A DNA stretch of 64,000 bases. Origin: a virus. Where the stretch lies: the IMG/VR virus record IMGVR_UViG_3300045988_160113, positions 64,001 through 128,000 of that record; one strand, given 5' to 3'. The translations under genes and the position numbers were made by a program. Below are positions 34,831 through 43,092 of the stretch, one piece after another. The notes under the pieces are model-generated. The model saw only the letters and a program-made list of their open reading frames with translations, did no database searches and had not been told where the DNA came from. The stretch's first letter is position 1. Each line of letters opens with the position of its first letter.

Positions 34831-35511
34831 ATGCTGAATAATGAAGATTATTCAAAGGTGTTGAAAAAGCCTATCAAAGACATGACTATTGGTGATGTAG
34901 TTGAATACTTTGATATCATCTGCGCGCGGAAACATGGCGGTGATGAAGATGTAAAGCGCACTGCTTCTGAATTGAAGGCGCGTTTTATTATGGAAGCTCT
35001 CTATAAGAATGATGAGTTTTTTTCGAAAGAGCGGCAAGGAAATGTAATCAACGATTGGTATAATAAGACTTGTAAAGACGGTCATCTAATATTAGTACCT
35101 TCTTCTTATGAAATTGCCCAAGCAAGAAACTATCTTGATTCTGATTGTAGGCTGCTGTCTCCTCAACTGTTGCGAGACCGACAGAGTGCGAAGGAACTAA
35201 AGAATTTGGTTAGGGAATTTTGTGAAGATAGAGATGCTGGTAGACTTATTCACCCTAATAGTGTCTGTGCCAATCCCGTTTTTGATAGAGTAAATGGGAA
35301 AACTCGACTTATAATTTCCAAGATTGCTAATAATCAACTTTTCGTTCGAGTAATTATCAATGGTTCAGCAAGATATTTCTATGTCAATGTAAGGTTCAAT
35401 AGAACACCATTTGCTTATAATTGGTGGAAGATGTATAGTCGTCGCATTACAAAGAAACTTGGGAAAATTATCGACAAACTTGAGAAAGGAGATTATAATG
35501 AACAATTTTGA
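34831..35511 (+). CDS. hypothetical protein (paralog pair B)
   Basis: PIKDMTIGDVVEYFDIICARKHGGDEDVKRTASELKARFIMEALYK. Confidence 0.55.
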   Translation: MLNNEDYSKVLKKPIKDMTIGDVVEYFDIICARKHGGDEDVKRTASELKARFIMEALYKNDEFFSKERQGNVINDWYNKTCKDGHLILVPSSYEIAQARNYLDSDCRLLSPQLLRDRQSAKELKNLVREFCEDRDAGRLIHPNSVCANPVFDRVNGKTRLIISKIANNQLFVRVIINGSARYFYVNVRFNRTPFAYNWWKMYSRRITKKLGKIIDKLEKGDYNEQF

Positions 35512-36148
35512 TGTAACCATTCTTACCCCACAGGGAGATAACTATGTAAAATTATATCCTCTTATTAATGGAGCAATACTTAAAACCAGTCAGTCTAAAC
35601 CTGGCAGTTTCAAAAATATTGATATTGAACTAACCAATGAAGGCCTTGAGCAATTGCGCGTATGGCTTGATTGTTACTTCAAAGAACATGAAGAAGACGA
35701 AAAGAAACAAAAGCTAATTTCTAATCGTATGGCCACATATGAAGTATATATTGAAGGATTAGCAGATTTCAAAATTGTCAACTCCGAGATTCCTAAAAAT
35801 ACCATTGAGTATTTCAATCACCTAAAAAATTATCTTGATTTTTCAGTTCTCACACCACAATTATATGCTTCTCTTCGTCATACAGTTCTTATGGGATTTT
35901 ACAAAGTAAGTGAAAAAGCAACTCATAAGCTCACTTTAGAATTTTTGATGAGTGGCAATTCAGTAAATACAATTTTGTATAAAATTGAAAGTTGCGATGA
36001 CCATATTGGGAGATATGAATTTACAGACGAAGGACTCAAAATTATCCCATTGGGCACAGCTGGGCTAGCAGAAGACCTAAACTTCAAACTTTGCGCGAAA
36101 GCTATCAAAGATATTTATAATGAATTTATGGAGACTGATTATGAATAA
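35498..36148 (+). CDS. hypothetical protein
   Basis: ATG 35498 after AAGGAG. Confidence 0.55.
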   Translation: MNNFDVTILTPQGDNYVKLYPLINGAILKTSQSKPGSFKNIDIELTNEGLEQLRVWLDCYFKEHEEDEKKQKLISNRMATYEVYIEGLADFKIVNSEIPKNTIEYFNHLKNYLDFSVLTPQLYASLRHTVLMGFYKVSEKATHKLTLEFLMSGNSVNTILYKIESCDDHIGRYEFTDEGLKIIPLGTAGLAEDLNFKLCAKAIKDIYNEFMETDYE

Positions 36149-36155
36149 TCAAATT

Positions 36156-36184
36156 TTGACTTTTTAGAAAAAATTTGTTATAAT
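36156..36184 (+). promoter_or_regulatory. promoter cassette driving a tRNA
   Basis: TTGACT, 17 bp, TGTTATAAT; leader ATTTATAGAAAGTTGAGAGAG. Confidence 0.65.
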
Positions 36185-36279
36185 ATTTATAGAAAGTTGA
36201 GAGAGAAACAACTTTCTATGATGGCTGCACGGTGGTTTTGCGGTTCCATCGGTCAACATAAATAAACCGTAGTATATAT

Positions 36280-36356
36280 GGCACTGTAACCCAATTGGCA
36301 GAGGTAAATCACTCAAAATGATTGAAGTATGAATTCGAATTTCATCAGTGCCACCA
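36280..36356 (+). tRNA. tRNA with anticodon CAA (Leu by code) but short variable arm
   Basis: GGCACTG/CAGTGCC acceptor, A73, encoded CCA; AATCA-CTCAAAA-TGATT anticodon arm; ATGAA-TTCGAAT-TTCAT T arm; 3-bp D stem with 11-nt loop; 5-nt variable region. Confidence 0.65.
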
Positions 36357-36452
36357 TAAAGAATTTGGGATAGAGCAGAAAAGCGCACCTGCTTGATAAG
36401 AGTAACTCCCTCTTCCCTTATTCTTATCTTATGGAGTTAGTAAGGAGTAAAA

Positions 36453-37154
36453 ATGGAAGAATATGGCATATTTCAAATTCTTGAAAAGTTAGATGAAAGA
36501 GATAAATATCATCATCAATTATGTCGTATTAGATGCAAATATTGTGGAAGAGAATTTATTCGAGCATATAGTCAAGTAAAAGCTCCGTCTTCTTACACAA
36601 CGGTTTGTAACCATAAAAGGAAAAATGGTGAAGATGTTCAGTATGGGATACACTGGAAAAATTCTCGTATAAGAAGTATTTATGCTGGAATTATATCTCG
36701 TTGTTTCAATGAGGAGGATAGAGATTATCGTTTTTATGGAGCAAAAGGGGTTTCTATTTGTAAAGATTGGCAAGAGAATCCTTTACATTTTGAAGATTGG
36801 GCTTTAGCTAATGGTTATAAAGATAATCTAACTATTGATAGAGAAGATGAGACTAAAGATTATTCACCTGATAATTGTCGATGGATAACAGGAGAAGAAA
36901 ATGCTCGTTGGAAATCAACAACAAATCGAATTGATGTTGATGGAGAAATAAAAACTGGACAGCAATGGGCTAAATATTTGGGTTTTGGTCCAAATCTTAT
37001 AAATAGTTATATTAGAAAATATGGATGGGATAATACTGTAGAATTTATTCGTCGTTATAAAGCACATCCATATCAAGGATTGCTACCTCATAAAACAAGT
37101 TATTATTCTATGTATATGTCTGATAATTATAAAAAGGAGAACAATAATGAATAA
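36453..37154 (+). CDS. HNH-family homing-endonuclease-like protein
   Basis: YGAKGVSICKDW...LTIDREDETKDYSPDNCRWITGEENARWK; N-terminal CRIRCKYCG zinc-ribbon. Confidence 0.5.
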   Translation: MEEYGIFQILEKLDERDKYHHQLCRIRCKYCGREFIRAYSQVKAPSSYTTVCNHKRKNGEDVQYGIHWKNSRIRSIYAGIISRCFNEEDRDYRFYGAKGVSICKDWQENPLHFEDWALANGYKDNLTIDREDETKDYSPDNCRWITGEENARWKSTTNRIDVDGEIKTGQQWAKYLGFGPNLINSYIRKYGWDNTVEFIRRYKAHPYQGLLPHKTSYYSMYMSDNYKKENNNE

Positions 37155-37362
37155 TTATTCCTACTTTATTGGCGATCGTGTTTTTGTAAAGGATTATGGT
37201 GTTGGAACTATCACCAAGATTGACGAGAAGTCGCGTGACTTCACCTATTTCGTCCGTTTCAAGGGACACGCAAGAGGCTGGTTCCCTGAGTATCGTCTGA
37301 GCGAGTATGTGGAACCAGTTGTGAAGGTAGAATCTTCTGATGAGGAAGTATCTACCCTGTAA
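37147..37362 (+). CDS. hypothetical protein
   Basis: 71 aa, ATGA-type overlap. Confidence 0.5.
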   Translation: MNNYSYFIGDRVFVKDYGVGTITKIDEKSRDFTYFVRFKGHARGWFPEYRLSEYVEPVVKVESSDEEVSTL

Positions 37363-37382
37363 ATCCATTATCGACTAACTTT

Positions 37383-37448
37383 TCGCGGCCTTGTGTAAAT
37401 TGCTTCATTTATAGATAGATTTTTTGGTAAATTTATACAAGGCCGCGA
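37383..37448 (+). repeat. long inverted repeat / stem-loop
   Basis: TCGCGGCCTTGT...ACAAGGCCGCGA (12 bp, extendable) around a loop of about 40 nt. Confidence 0.6.
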
Positions 37449-37490
37449 TAAGAGTTTGCTCTGCGCGCAGAATGTGAGAAAGGAGTAATT

Positions 37491-37697
37491 ATGACTTGCC
37501 TTGAACATTTGATTGAGAACACTCTTGATAGTTTCAGTAAACGAAAACCCGTCCAAGAAATCTGTGATAGAATTAGAGAAGATGTAAATTTATCTGGCTC
37601 TGGTCTTACTGTTGAGCAGTGTTATGAAATTTGTCAGTTCATTTTTTACGATGTTCTTCCCTATTCTAATTATTATTTAGAAGATAACAGATACTAA
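37491..37697 (+). CDS. hypothetical protein
   Basis: 68 aa, AAGGAG RBS. Confidence 0.55.
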   Translation: MTCLEHLIENTLDSFSKRKPVQEICDRIREDVNLSGSGLTVEQCYEICQFIFYDVLPYSNYYLEDNRY

Positions 37698-37700
37698 AAT

Positions 37701-37729
37701 TTGATTTTTCTCAAAATTTCTGCTATAAT
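37701..37729 (+). promoter_or_regulatory. promoter cassette
   Basis: TTGATT, 17 bp, TGCTATAAT. Confidence 0.65.
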
Positions 37730-37760
37730 ATTTATAGAAAGTTGAGAGGAGATACATAAA

Positions 37761-37979
37761 ATGAATACCTTGAATTTTGGTGAATTTTACAATGAACTCG
37801 ATGAGAGTGGTAATTCCACTGGTCGTGTCTATAAATGCATTGGTATCGCCGCAGATTATTACCAGACTGGTGAGGAAGTAGTTCTTATGGCTCGTATTGG
37901 TGATGGTGGCTATTCTAATGGTTTGCTTTATATTCCTGTTGGAGATTTCATGGTAGATTTCGAGGAGATTCGAAAATGA
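37761..37979 (+). CDS. hypothetical protein
   Basis: 72 aa behind a cassette. Confidence 0.55.
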   Translation: MNTLNFGEFYNELDESGNSTGRVYKCIGIAADYYQTGEEVVLMARIGDGGYSNGLLYIPVGDFMVDFEEIRK

Positions 37980-38176
37980 ATGAAGATTATGTAAAGGGAG
38001 AAATGTTAGAAAATTTCTCCAATTCTAACAAAAATCCAGACTATCCTATTATTTGGAGCGATACTGTATGGGAAGATATGAATGTTCCTATGTCTTGTCG
38101 AATGTGCAGTAATCATCCTATCAATGGTGGAAGTGGAATTTGCTGGTGCGTTCTCGGAGTTCCAGAAATTAGGTAA
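37976..38176 (+). CDS. hypothetical Cys-rich small protein
   Basis: 66 aa; CRMCSNHP...CWC. Confidence 0.5.
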   Translation: MNEDYVKGEMLENFSNSNKNPDYPIIWSDTVWEDMNVPMSCRMCSNHPINGGSGICWCVLGVPEIR

Positions 38177-38182
38177 ATAAAT

Positions 38183-38257
38183 ATGGGCGTGGTGTAATTG
38201 GTAGCATAATAGTCTCCAAAACTATTGGTTTTCGTTCAAGTCGAAACGCTCATGCCA
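38183..38257 (+). tRNA. trnW: tRNA-Trp (CCA)
   Basis: ATGGGCG/CGCTCAT acceptor; ATAGT-CTCCAAA-ACTAT; TTTCG-TTCAAGT-CGAAA; encoded CCA. Confidence 0.8.
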
Positions 38258-38263
38258 TGCCAC

Positions 38264-38294
38264 GGCGTCGTAGTGTAATTGGCAACACGGTGCG
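38264..38294 (+). pseudogene. tRNA 5' half only (acceptor strand, D arm, 5' anticodon-stem strand)
   Basis: GGCGTCG-TA-GTGT-AATTGGCA-ACAC-G-GTGCG, then AT-rich sequence leading into the GIY-YIG ORF; no matching 3' half (CGCAC...CGACGCC) seen downstream. Confidence 0.4.
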
Positions 38295-38357
38295 TAATAA
38301 ATAAAAGGAAAGGGTAATAAAAGGAAGAGAGGTATTTTATTTTATGGAGTGGTAGTA

Positions 38358-39137
38358 ATGAAAAAGATTGGTATTTATAAAATTATAAATACGGTGAATG
38401 GGAAAATTTATGTTGGTCAGTCTATAAATATTTATGACAGATGGACACAGCATAAGTATAAAAGTATCTATTCTGAAGAATTGGGGTATAACTCCGCAAT
38501 TCATGCTGCAATGAGGAAATATGGTTTTGAAAATTTTGTATTTGAAATTATTGAAGAATGTGAACCGGAATTATTAGACGAAAGAGAAAGATATTGGATT
38601 GAAAAATTGAATTCTTTGACTCCAAATGGTTACAATATCATGCCTGGAGGACAGAAAAATAAAAGAATAATTCATAGATGCTGTGATTGTGGAGCGATAA
38701 TTAGCAAAGGTGCGAAAAGATGTGAAAAATGTGCTCATAAAAATCAAGAAAGAGCAAAAAATCCTTTTGAACCTTTGGAATTAGCAGAAGAAATTAAAGA
38801 AAAGGGCTTTGAAGCTTTGGGCAAAGAGTATGGGTATACAAATGGGCGCCCTATAAAAAAATGGTGTAAGCAACTTGGTTTACCAGTGTATAAAGAAGAA
38901 ATTATTAAATGGTATGATGAACAAATGGGGATAAAACCTCCTGAAAAAGTTCAAAAAAAGAATAAGGAAAGGCCAGTTTATAAAATAGATTTACAAACAG
39001 GAGAGATTTTAGAAGTTTTTTCAAGCATAGCAGAAGCAGCAAGAAGCATTGGAAAAAAGAAAGGTAACCATATTACAGAGGTTTGTAAAGGAAAATTTCT
39101 TTCTGCTTATGGCTATGGGTGGAAATATGTAGAATAA
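38358..39137 (+). CDS. GIY-YIG homing endonuclease
   Basis: IGIYKIINTVNGKIYVGQSINIYDRWTQHK...RYWIEKLNSLTPNGYN; zinc-ribbon CCDCG...CEKC; the stop abuts tRNA-Gly. Confidence 0.85.
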   Translation: MKKIGIYKIINTVNGKIYVGQSINIYDRWTQHKYKSIYSEELGYNSAIHAAMRKYGFENFVFEIIEECEPELLDERERYWIEKLNSLTPNGYNIMPGGQKNKRIIHRCCDCGAIISKGAKRCEKCAHKNQERAKNPFEPLELAEEIKEKGFEALGKEYGYTNGRPIKKWCKQLGLPVYKEEIIKWYDEQMGIKPPEKVQKKNKERPVYKIDLQTGEILEVFSSIAEAARSIGKKKGNHITEVCKGKFLSAYGYGWKYVE

Positions 39138-39139
39138 AT

Positions 39140-39213
39140 GTCGTATTGGTGTAATGCTAGCATAAGACACTTCCAATGTCTTGGTGGCAGTTGGAATCTG
39201 CTATACGACCCCA
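39140..39213 (+). tRNA. trnG: tRNA-Gly (UCC)
   Basis: GTCGTAT/ATACGAC; AGACA-CTTCCAA-TGTCT; encoded CCA; T-loop TTGGAAT. Confidence 0.75.
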
Positions 39214-39315
39214 TCGTCACACACTCCGTGACGAAAATTCTCTTTCCCCCCTTTCCTTTGCCCTGGCAGGCGGCATTATAGTCTGCTTTCCCCCTCAATA
39301 GTAATATATATATAT

Positions 39316-39392
39316 GGAGCAGTAACTCAGTTTGGTAGAGTAGCGGTCTTTTAAGCCGTCTGTCGGGTGTTCGAATCACCTCTGCTTCACCA
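39316..39392 (+). tRNA. trnK: tRNA-Lys (UUU)
   Basis: GGAGCAG/CTGCTTC; GCGGT-CTTTTAA-GCCGT; GGGTG-TTCGAAT-CACCT; CCA. Confidence 0.8.
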
Positions 39393-39395
39393 TAC

Positions 39396-39471
39396 GGGAG
39401 ATTAGCTCAGTTGGTAGAGCGCGTGACTGTTAATCACGATGGCGTAAGTTCGAACCTTACATTTCCCGCCA
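39396..39471 (+). tRNA. trnN: tRNA-Asn (GUU)
   Basis: GGGAGAT/ATTTCCC; CGTGA-CTGTTAA-TCACG; GTAAG-TTCGAAC-CTTAC; CCA. Confidence 0.85.
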
Positions 39472-39618
39472 AGGTTACCACTGAGCCGTAAAGTGGCGGG
39501 TGAAATTCTCGATAGCTGGGGTCTGAGTTTTACGCTATCTCTTTTGACATGGGGTTAAAGCGGTTAATCAGAATTAAATGAGGAAACAGTGTCATTAATC
39601 TCTACCAGCAAATTTTAT

Positions 39619-39695
39619 GGGACAATAGCTTATGAGGTCTGAGCACTGGTCTGAAAAACCAGAGGGTGATGGATCGTTACCATCTTGTCCCACCA
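39619..39695 (+). tRNA. trnF: tRNA-Phe (GAA)
   Basis: GGGACAA/TTGTCCC; CTGGT-CTGAAAA-ACCAG; GATGG-ATCGTTA-CCATC; CCA. Confidence 0.75.
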
Positions 39696-39724
39696 TTTGA
39701 AATTCATTATAAAGATGACGCTAT

Positions 39725-39799
39725 GGTGCGGTAGTTTAGTTGGTAAAACGGAGGACTTATAATCCTTTGTCTCTTGTTCAAACCAAGGGCGCACCACCA
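39725..39799 (+). tRNA. trnI: tRNA-Ile (UAU, AUA-reading)
   Basis: GGTGCGG/GCGCACC (one mismatch); GAGGA-CTTATAA-TCCTT; TCTTG-TTCAAAC-CAAGG; CCA. Confidence 0.75.
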
Positions 39800-39808
39800 C
39801 TTCAAAAT

Positions 39809-39837
39809 TTGACAAATCCACAAATTTTTGCTATACT
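39809..39837 (+). promoter_or_regulatory. promoter
   Basis: TTGACA, 17 bp, TGCTATACT. Confidence 0.6.
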
Positions 39838-39888
39838 ATATGTACAAACTAAGAAATGAATCTAAATAATTTTGAAAAGGAGAACGAA

Positions 39889-41784
39889 ATGAATAACACT
39901 ATTGACCTTACTAAGGCACTTCTCCATTTTTCCCATGTGGTTCTTGATACTACTTCTACTGGTCGTGGTAATTATTTTACTAACGATGATTTTATGGAGT
40001 GTGGTATTTTATTCCTCAAGTCTGATGGCACTGAATTCAAGGGTGTAATTCCCGAAGACATTGCTAAACTCGTTTTCGACGAATTTGACATCACTCATTC
40101 TGCTATCAATACTTTTCATAAGTCTTGGGAGAAGGTAGCAAATGCTGATTATAATCAGCTACTCATTGAGCAGGTACTTCATTATATGTCTACTTATGGC
40201 ATGGAATTTTTTGGTGCTCGCGCAGTGCCTATGATTCCCGTTGAGGAACTAATCGCTGACCCGAATGCTCGTCCTAGTTATAATGCCATTCGTATTATTA
40301 CTGTTGTAAGCGAGGACGAAGCACAGAAGCTTATCAATGAGTTTCTTATGTCTGTCAAGGCTCCTAACCAGATGTTTATGCCCGAGTATGAGGCTTATGT
40401 TCGCTCGGCTACTATTACCGCAGAGGACATTGCTTCTTTTGAGTTGAAGTGCGTCTGGTATGAGTATCATAATAGCGTGCCTGAGCGTGGTCAGGAGTTT
40501 TTGCGCTATGCGATGTATAAGATGATTGGGTCTACTTTGATTATCAAGAACAATCGTACTATCAAGTCTCTTCAGAGTGCTTGTGAGCGCGAACCTGCCA
40601 AGGCATATAACCTGTTTAAGAATGCGAATACGGTGGAATTAGCTAAGTGCTTCTTCCGTTTCAAGCCTTTGTTCCTTGCATTCAAGAAGTCTAAGCCTTG
40701 TGCGCCGATTATCAATGAGATTCGTCGTCTTGCTGATGTATTCCATAAGCCTATGGGTGAACTGACCATTCAGAATGTGTCTAAGCTGATGAAGCAGGGT
40801 CGCTATGAAGAGGCTGGTAAGGTTCTCAAGACCGCAGATAATCGTCAGTTAATCAAGTTGATGAATTATTTTGCTACGGATGATAGAGTAAAAGCGCCTG
40901 CTGTTTTCAACATTCGCAATGGCAAGATTCATGTTCGTGAGGATTTCAAGCGTTTGAATGCCGGTGCAGCAATGGTTTTTGCGGAACTCGTAGAGAAGAA
41001 TCAGTATTCTCTTGCTGGTAAAACTTTCTATATTCCCTCTTATATCCATTATGCTGCGCCTGTGAGTGAAAAGCAGATGATTGGTGATATTCCTTATGGC
41101 ACTCTGCTTGAAGCACCTCAATCTGGTAAGTTCTCTGCGGCGATTTGCTGGGATAACTACAAGGGAATGAGAACTGATATTGACCTGCATATGAATAGCA
41201 AGAATGCTTCGTTTGGTTGGAATAGTGCTTATCGTGGCCGTGATGGAGAGATTCTGTACTCTGGTGATATGACCGATGCAACTCATGGTGCGGCTGAAGC
41301 ATTTTATTTTGAACCACAGGAAGATGTGTTTATTCTGAGCGCAAATAACTATACTGGTGTGCCGAACGTGCCTTTCAAGTTTTTCATTAGTGATGCTCAA
41401 CCTAAAGCGCGTTCTTATCGTGATGCGACTCCTCCTATTGATGTGGAGAGTGCCCTGTTCCCTGCCGTTCCTCTTCGCTTTGCGGCAGGTAATGGAACCG
41501 GTATTGGTATTTTCAATGGCTGCGACTTCTACTTTTATGGTGGAATGCTCGATAGGGGTATTGTTCCTGACCGGAATAAGTATCCTATGTTCATTGATGG
41601 TATTGTTGACCGACTGGATAGAATGATGGACCTCGAAGTTTTCATTCGTATCTGCGGCGGCACTGTTATCAATGAGATGCCTGAGGATGGAGAGATTGAT
41701 AAGGATATTATCGACCTTTCTCCTAACACTCTTACTGCGCGCACCCTATTTGACATTGTTGATGGGGTGCTCGCTAAGAAGTAA
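39889..41784 (+). CDS. large hypothetical protein with possible TerD-like beta-sandwich segment
   Basis: ATG 39889 after AAAGGAG; helical N-terminal two-thirds; TDIDLHMNSKN...ILYSGDMTDATHGAAEAFYF resembles the TerD DxDxS...SGDNxTG pattern (weak). Confidence 0.6.
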   Translation: MNNTIDLTKALLHFSHVVLDTTSTGRGNYFTNDDFMECGILFLKSDGTEFKGVIPEDIAKLVFDEFDITHSAINTFHKSWEKVANADYNQLLIEQVLHYMSTYGMEFFGARAVPMIPVEELIADPNARPSYNAIRIITVVSEDEAQKLINEFLMSVKAPNQMFMPEYEAYVRSATITAEDIASFELKCVWYEYHNSVPERGQEFLRYAMYKMIGSTLIIKNNRTIKSLQSACEREPAKAYNLFKNANTVELAKCFFRFKPLFLAFKKSKPCAPIINEIRRLADVFHKPMGELTIQNVSKLMKQGRYEEAGKVLKTADNRQLIKLMNYFATDDRVKAPAVFNIRNGKIHVREDFKRLNAGAAMVFAELVEKNQYSLAGKTFYIPSYIHYAAPVSEKQMIGDIPYGTLLEAPQSGKFSAAICWDNYKGMRTDIDLHMNSKNASFGWNSAYRGRDGEILYSGDMTDATHGAAEAFYFEPQEDVFILSANNYTGVPNVPFKFFISDAQPKARSYRDATPPIDVESALFPAVPLRFAAGNGTGIGIFNGCDFYFYGGMLDRGIVPDRNKYPMFIDGIVDRLDRMMDLEVFIRICGGTVINEMPEDGEIDKDIIDLSPNTLTARTLFDIVDGVLAKK

Positions 41785-41792
41785 ATAAATTT

Positions 41793-42234
41793 TTGGCATA
41801 GAGAGTTCCTTTTTTCTATAATCTTGCCGAGAGATAGACTAATACCTATTATTAGGACTATCTTTTGGCGCATACTTGAAGAAAACTCTCCGCCAACGAT
41901 TAGCATAGATAGTTCCTTTATGGAGAAAATACTATCCGCTAATCCTATATAAGCGCACAAGTAGTTCCTTTATTCAAATATTAAGAAACAATAATTTACA
42001 CTACTCGCGCTAATCACCTCCTTACGCCGCATAGAAAGTTCCTCTAAAAAGGTATTCTTCAGAAAATATTGATTTACTTTCCGCGGCAATTTACTTTGAA
42101 TGTATAGCATCGAGAGTTCCTTTTGCCGAAAGGCGCTAGACTGCTAATCTAATTTTCACTCTCCGCTATATTGGTCGCATAAGAACTTCCTTTTTCTAAT
42201 AGATATTTAGGTTATTTATGTTAGTTCTCGCGAC
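41793..42234 (+). repeat. array of six tandem covarying stem-loops with conserved GCATAGAnAGTTCCTTT motif
   Basis: Units 41793-41896, 41898-41944, 41952-42011, 42026-42087, 42103-42170, 42174-42234. Each has an outer clamp, a 5' ATA bulge, a GAnAGT/ACTnTC helix, a single 3' C and a loop starting TCC; arms change in a compensatory way. Confidence 0.8.
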
Positions 42235-42240
42235 TAAAAT

Positions 42241-42269
42241 TTGAAATTTTTATAAAAGTATTATATAAT
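42241..42269 (+). promoter_or_regulatory. promoter cassette
   Basis: TTGAAA, 17 bp, TATAAT; leader ATATATAGAAAGTGAGGGAAAG. Confidence 0.65.
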
Positions 42270-42294
42270 ATATATAGAAAGTGAGGGAAAGAAT

Positions 42295-42747
42295 ATGAGA
42301 TTTTATTCTGATATGCTTGAGAAGTTTTTTGATAGTGAAGAAGAGTGTCTTTGGGCTGAGAAGGAAACTCTTGATAAGAGTCGTAAAGCAATTCAGCGTG
42401 CGAATGATGAACTAGAACTCAAAGACCTTCATAAGAAAATTAGCAATTTGCGTGCAGAGCTTGAGAATAGTTTTGAAGAGTATTATCGGCTTCAGTATGT
42501 GTATTTTGATAATTATGGTGTTCTTTGTGACATGACTGAAGAAGAAGGCCATCCTGACCCTGTGGGTGAAAAGGGTGAAAAGGGTGACTGTGACTGTGAT
42601 TGTGTCTGTAAGTGTAGCGATGATGATAATTGTGATTGTGCCACTAAGGATGAAGATGATTTCAATCCTATCACCATTCATATGACCACTTATCGTCCTT
42701 TCAAGGATACTTATCCTCATCTGTGGAAATTTTTTGGAGGTAAGTGA
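42295..42747 (+). CDS. hypothetical protein with Cys/Asp-rich C-terminal half
   Basis: 150 aa; GEKGEKGDCDCDCVCKCSDDDNCDC. Confidence 0.55.
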   Translation: MRFYSDMLEKFFDSEEECLWAEKETLDKSRKAIQRANDELELKDLHKKISNLRAELENSFEEYYRLQYVYFDNYGVLCDMTEEEGHPDPVGEKGEKGDCDCDCVCKCSDDDNCDCATKDEDDFNPITIHMTTYRPFKDTYPHLWKFFGGK

Positions 42748-42748
42748 T

Positions 42749-43027
42749 ATGTTTATTCCTGCTAATCCATCTGTTTTTCCTTGTGAAAATTGTACACATC
42801 GTGGTATTTGTAAATATGAAGATGATGTAATGAGTTTTGTTCGCTGTGCTAAATTGCCTGAACAAGAATGCTTGTCTATCAAGTATGAATGTAAGTATAA
42901 GACTTATACAAATTTGTTTGGTGGATATAGGGATTTTGAAGTGACTAAGATTAGTAATACTAATGGTTGTACTACTTCTCGTCCTTATACTATTGATACA
43001 TCTTCAGAATGTATTGATAAAATTTGA
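42749..43027 (+). CDS. hypothetical Cys-rich protein
   Basis: ATG 42749 after GGAGG. Confidence 0.5.
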   Translation: MFIPANPSVFPCENCTHRGICKYEDDVMSFVRCAKLPEQECLSIKYECKYKTYTNLFGGYRDFEVTKISNTNGCTTSRPYTIDTSSECIDKI

Positions 43028-43052
43028 CAAAATCTAAAATTTCTGATATAAT
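43024..43052 (+). promoter_or_regulatory. promoter cassette driving a noncoding transcript
   Basis: TTGACA, 17 bp, TGATATAAT; leader ATATTCAGAAAGTGAGAGGAG; no credible ORF follows. Confidence 0.65.
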
Positions 43053-43092
43053 ATATTCAGAAAGTGAGAGGAGAACTAAATCTCCTCAATAT

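Noticed and set aside
41793-42234. Possibility that the six-unit repeat region is a CRISPR array
   Set aside because: There is no constant full-length direct repeat separating unique spacers. Only about 16 nt is conserved, unit lengths vary from 47 to 104 nt, each unit is an internally complementary hairpin, and no cas genes are present.
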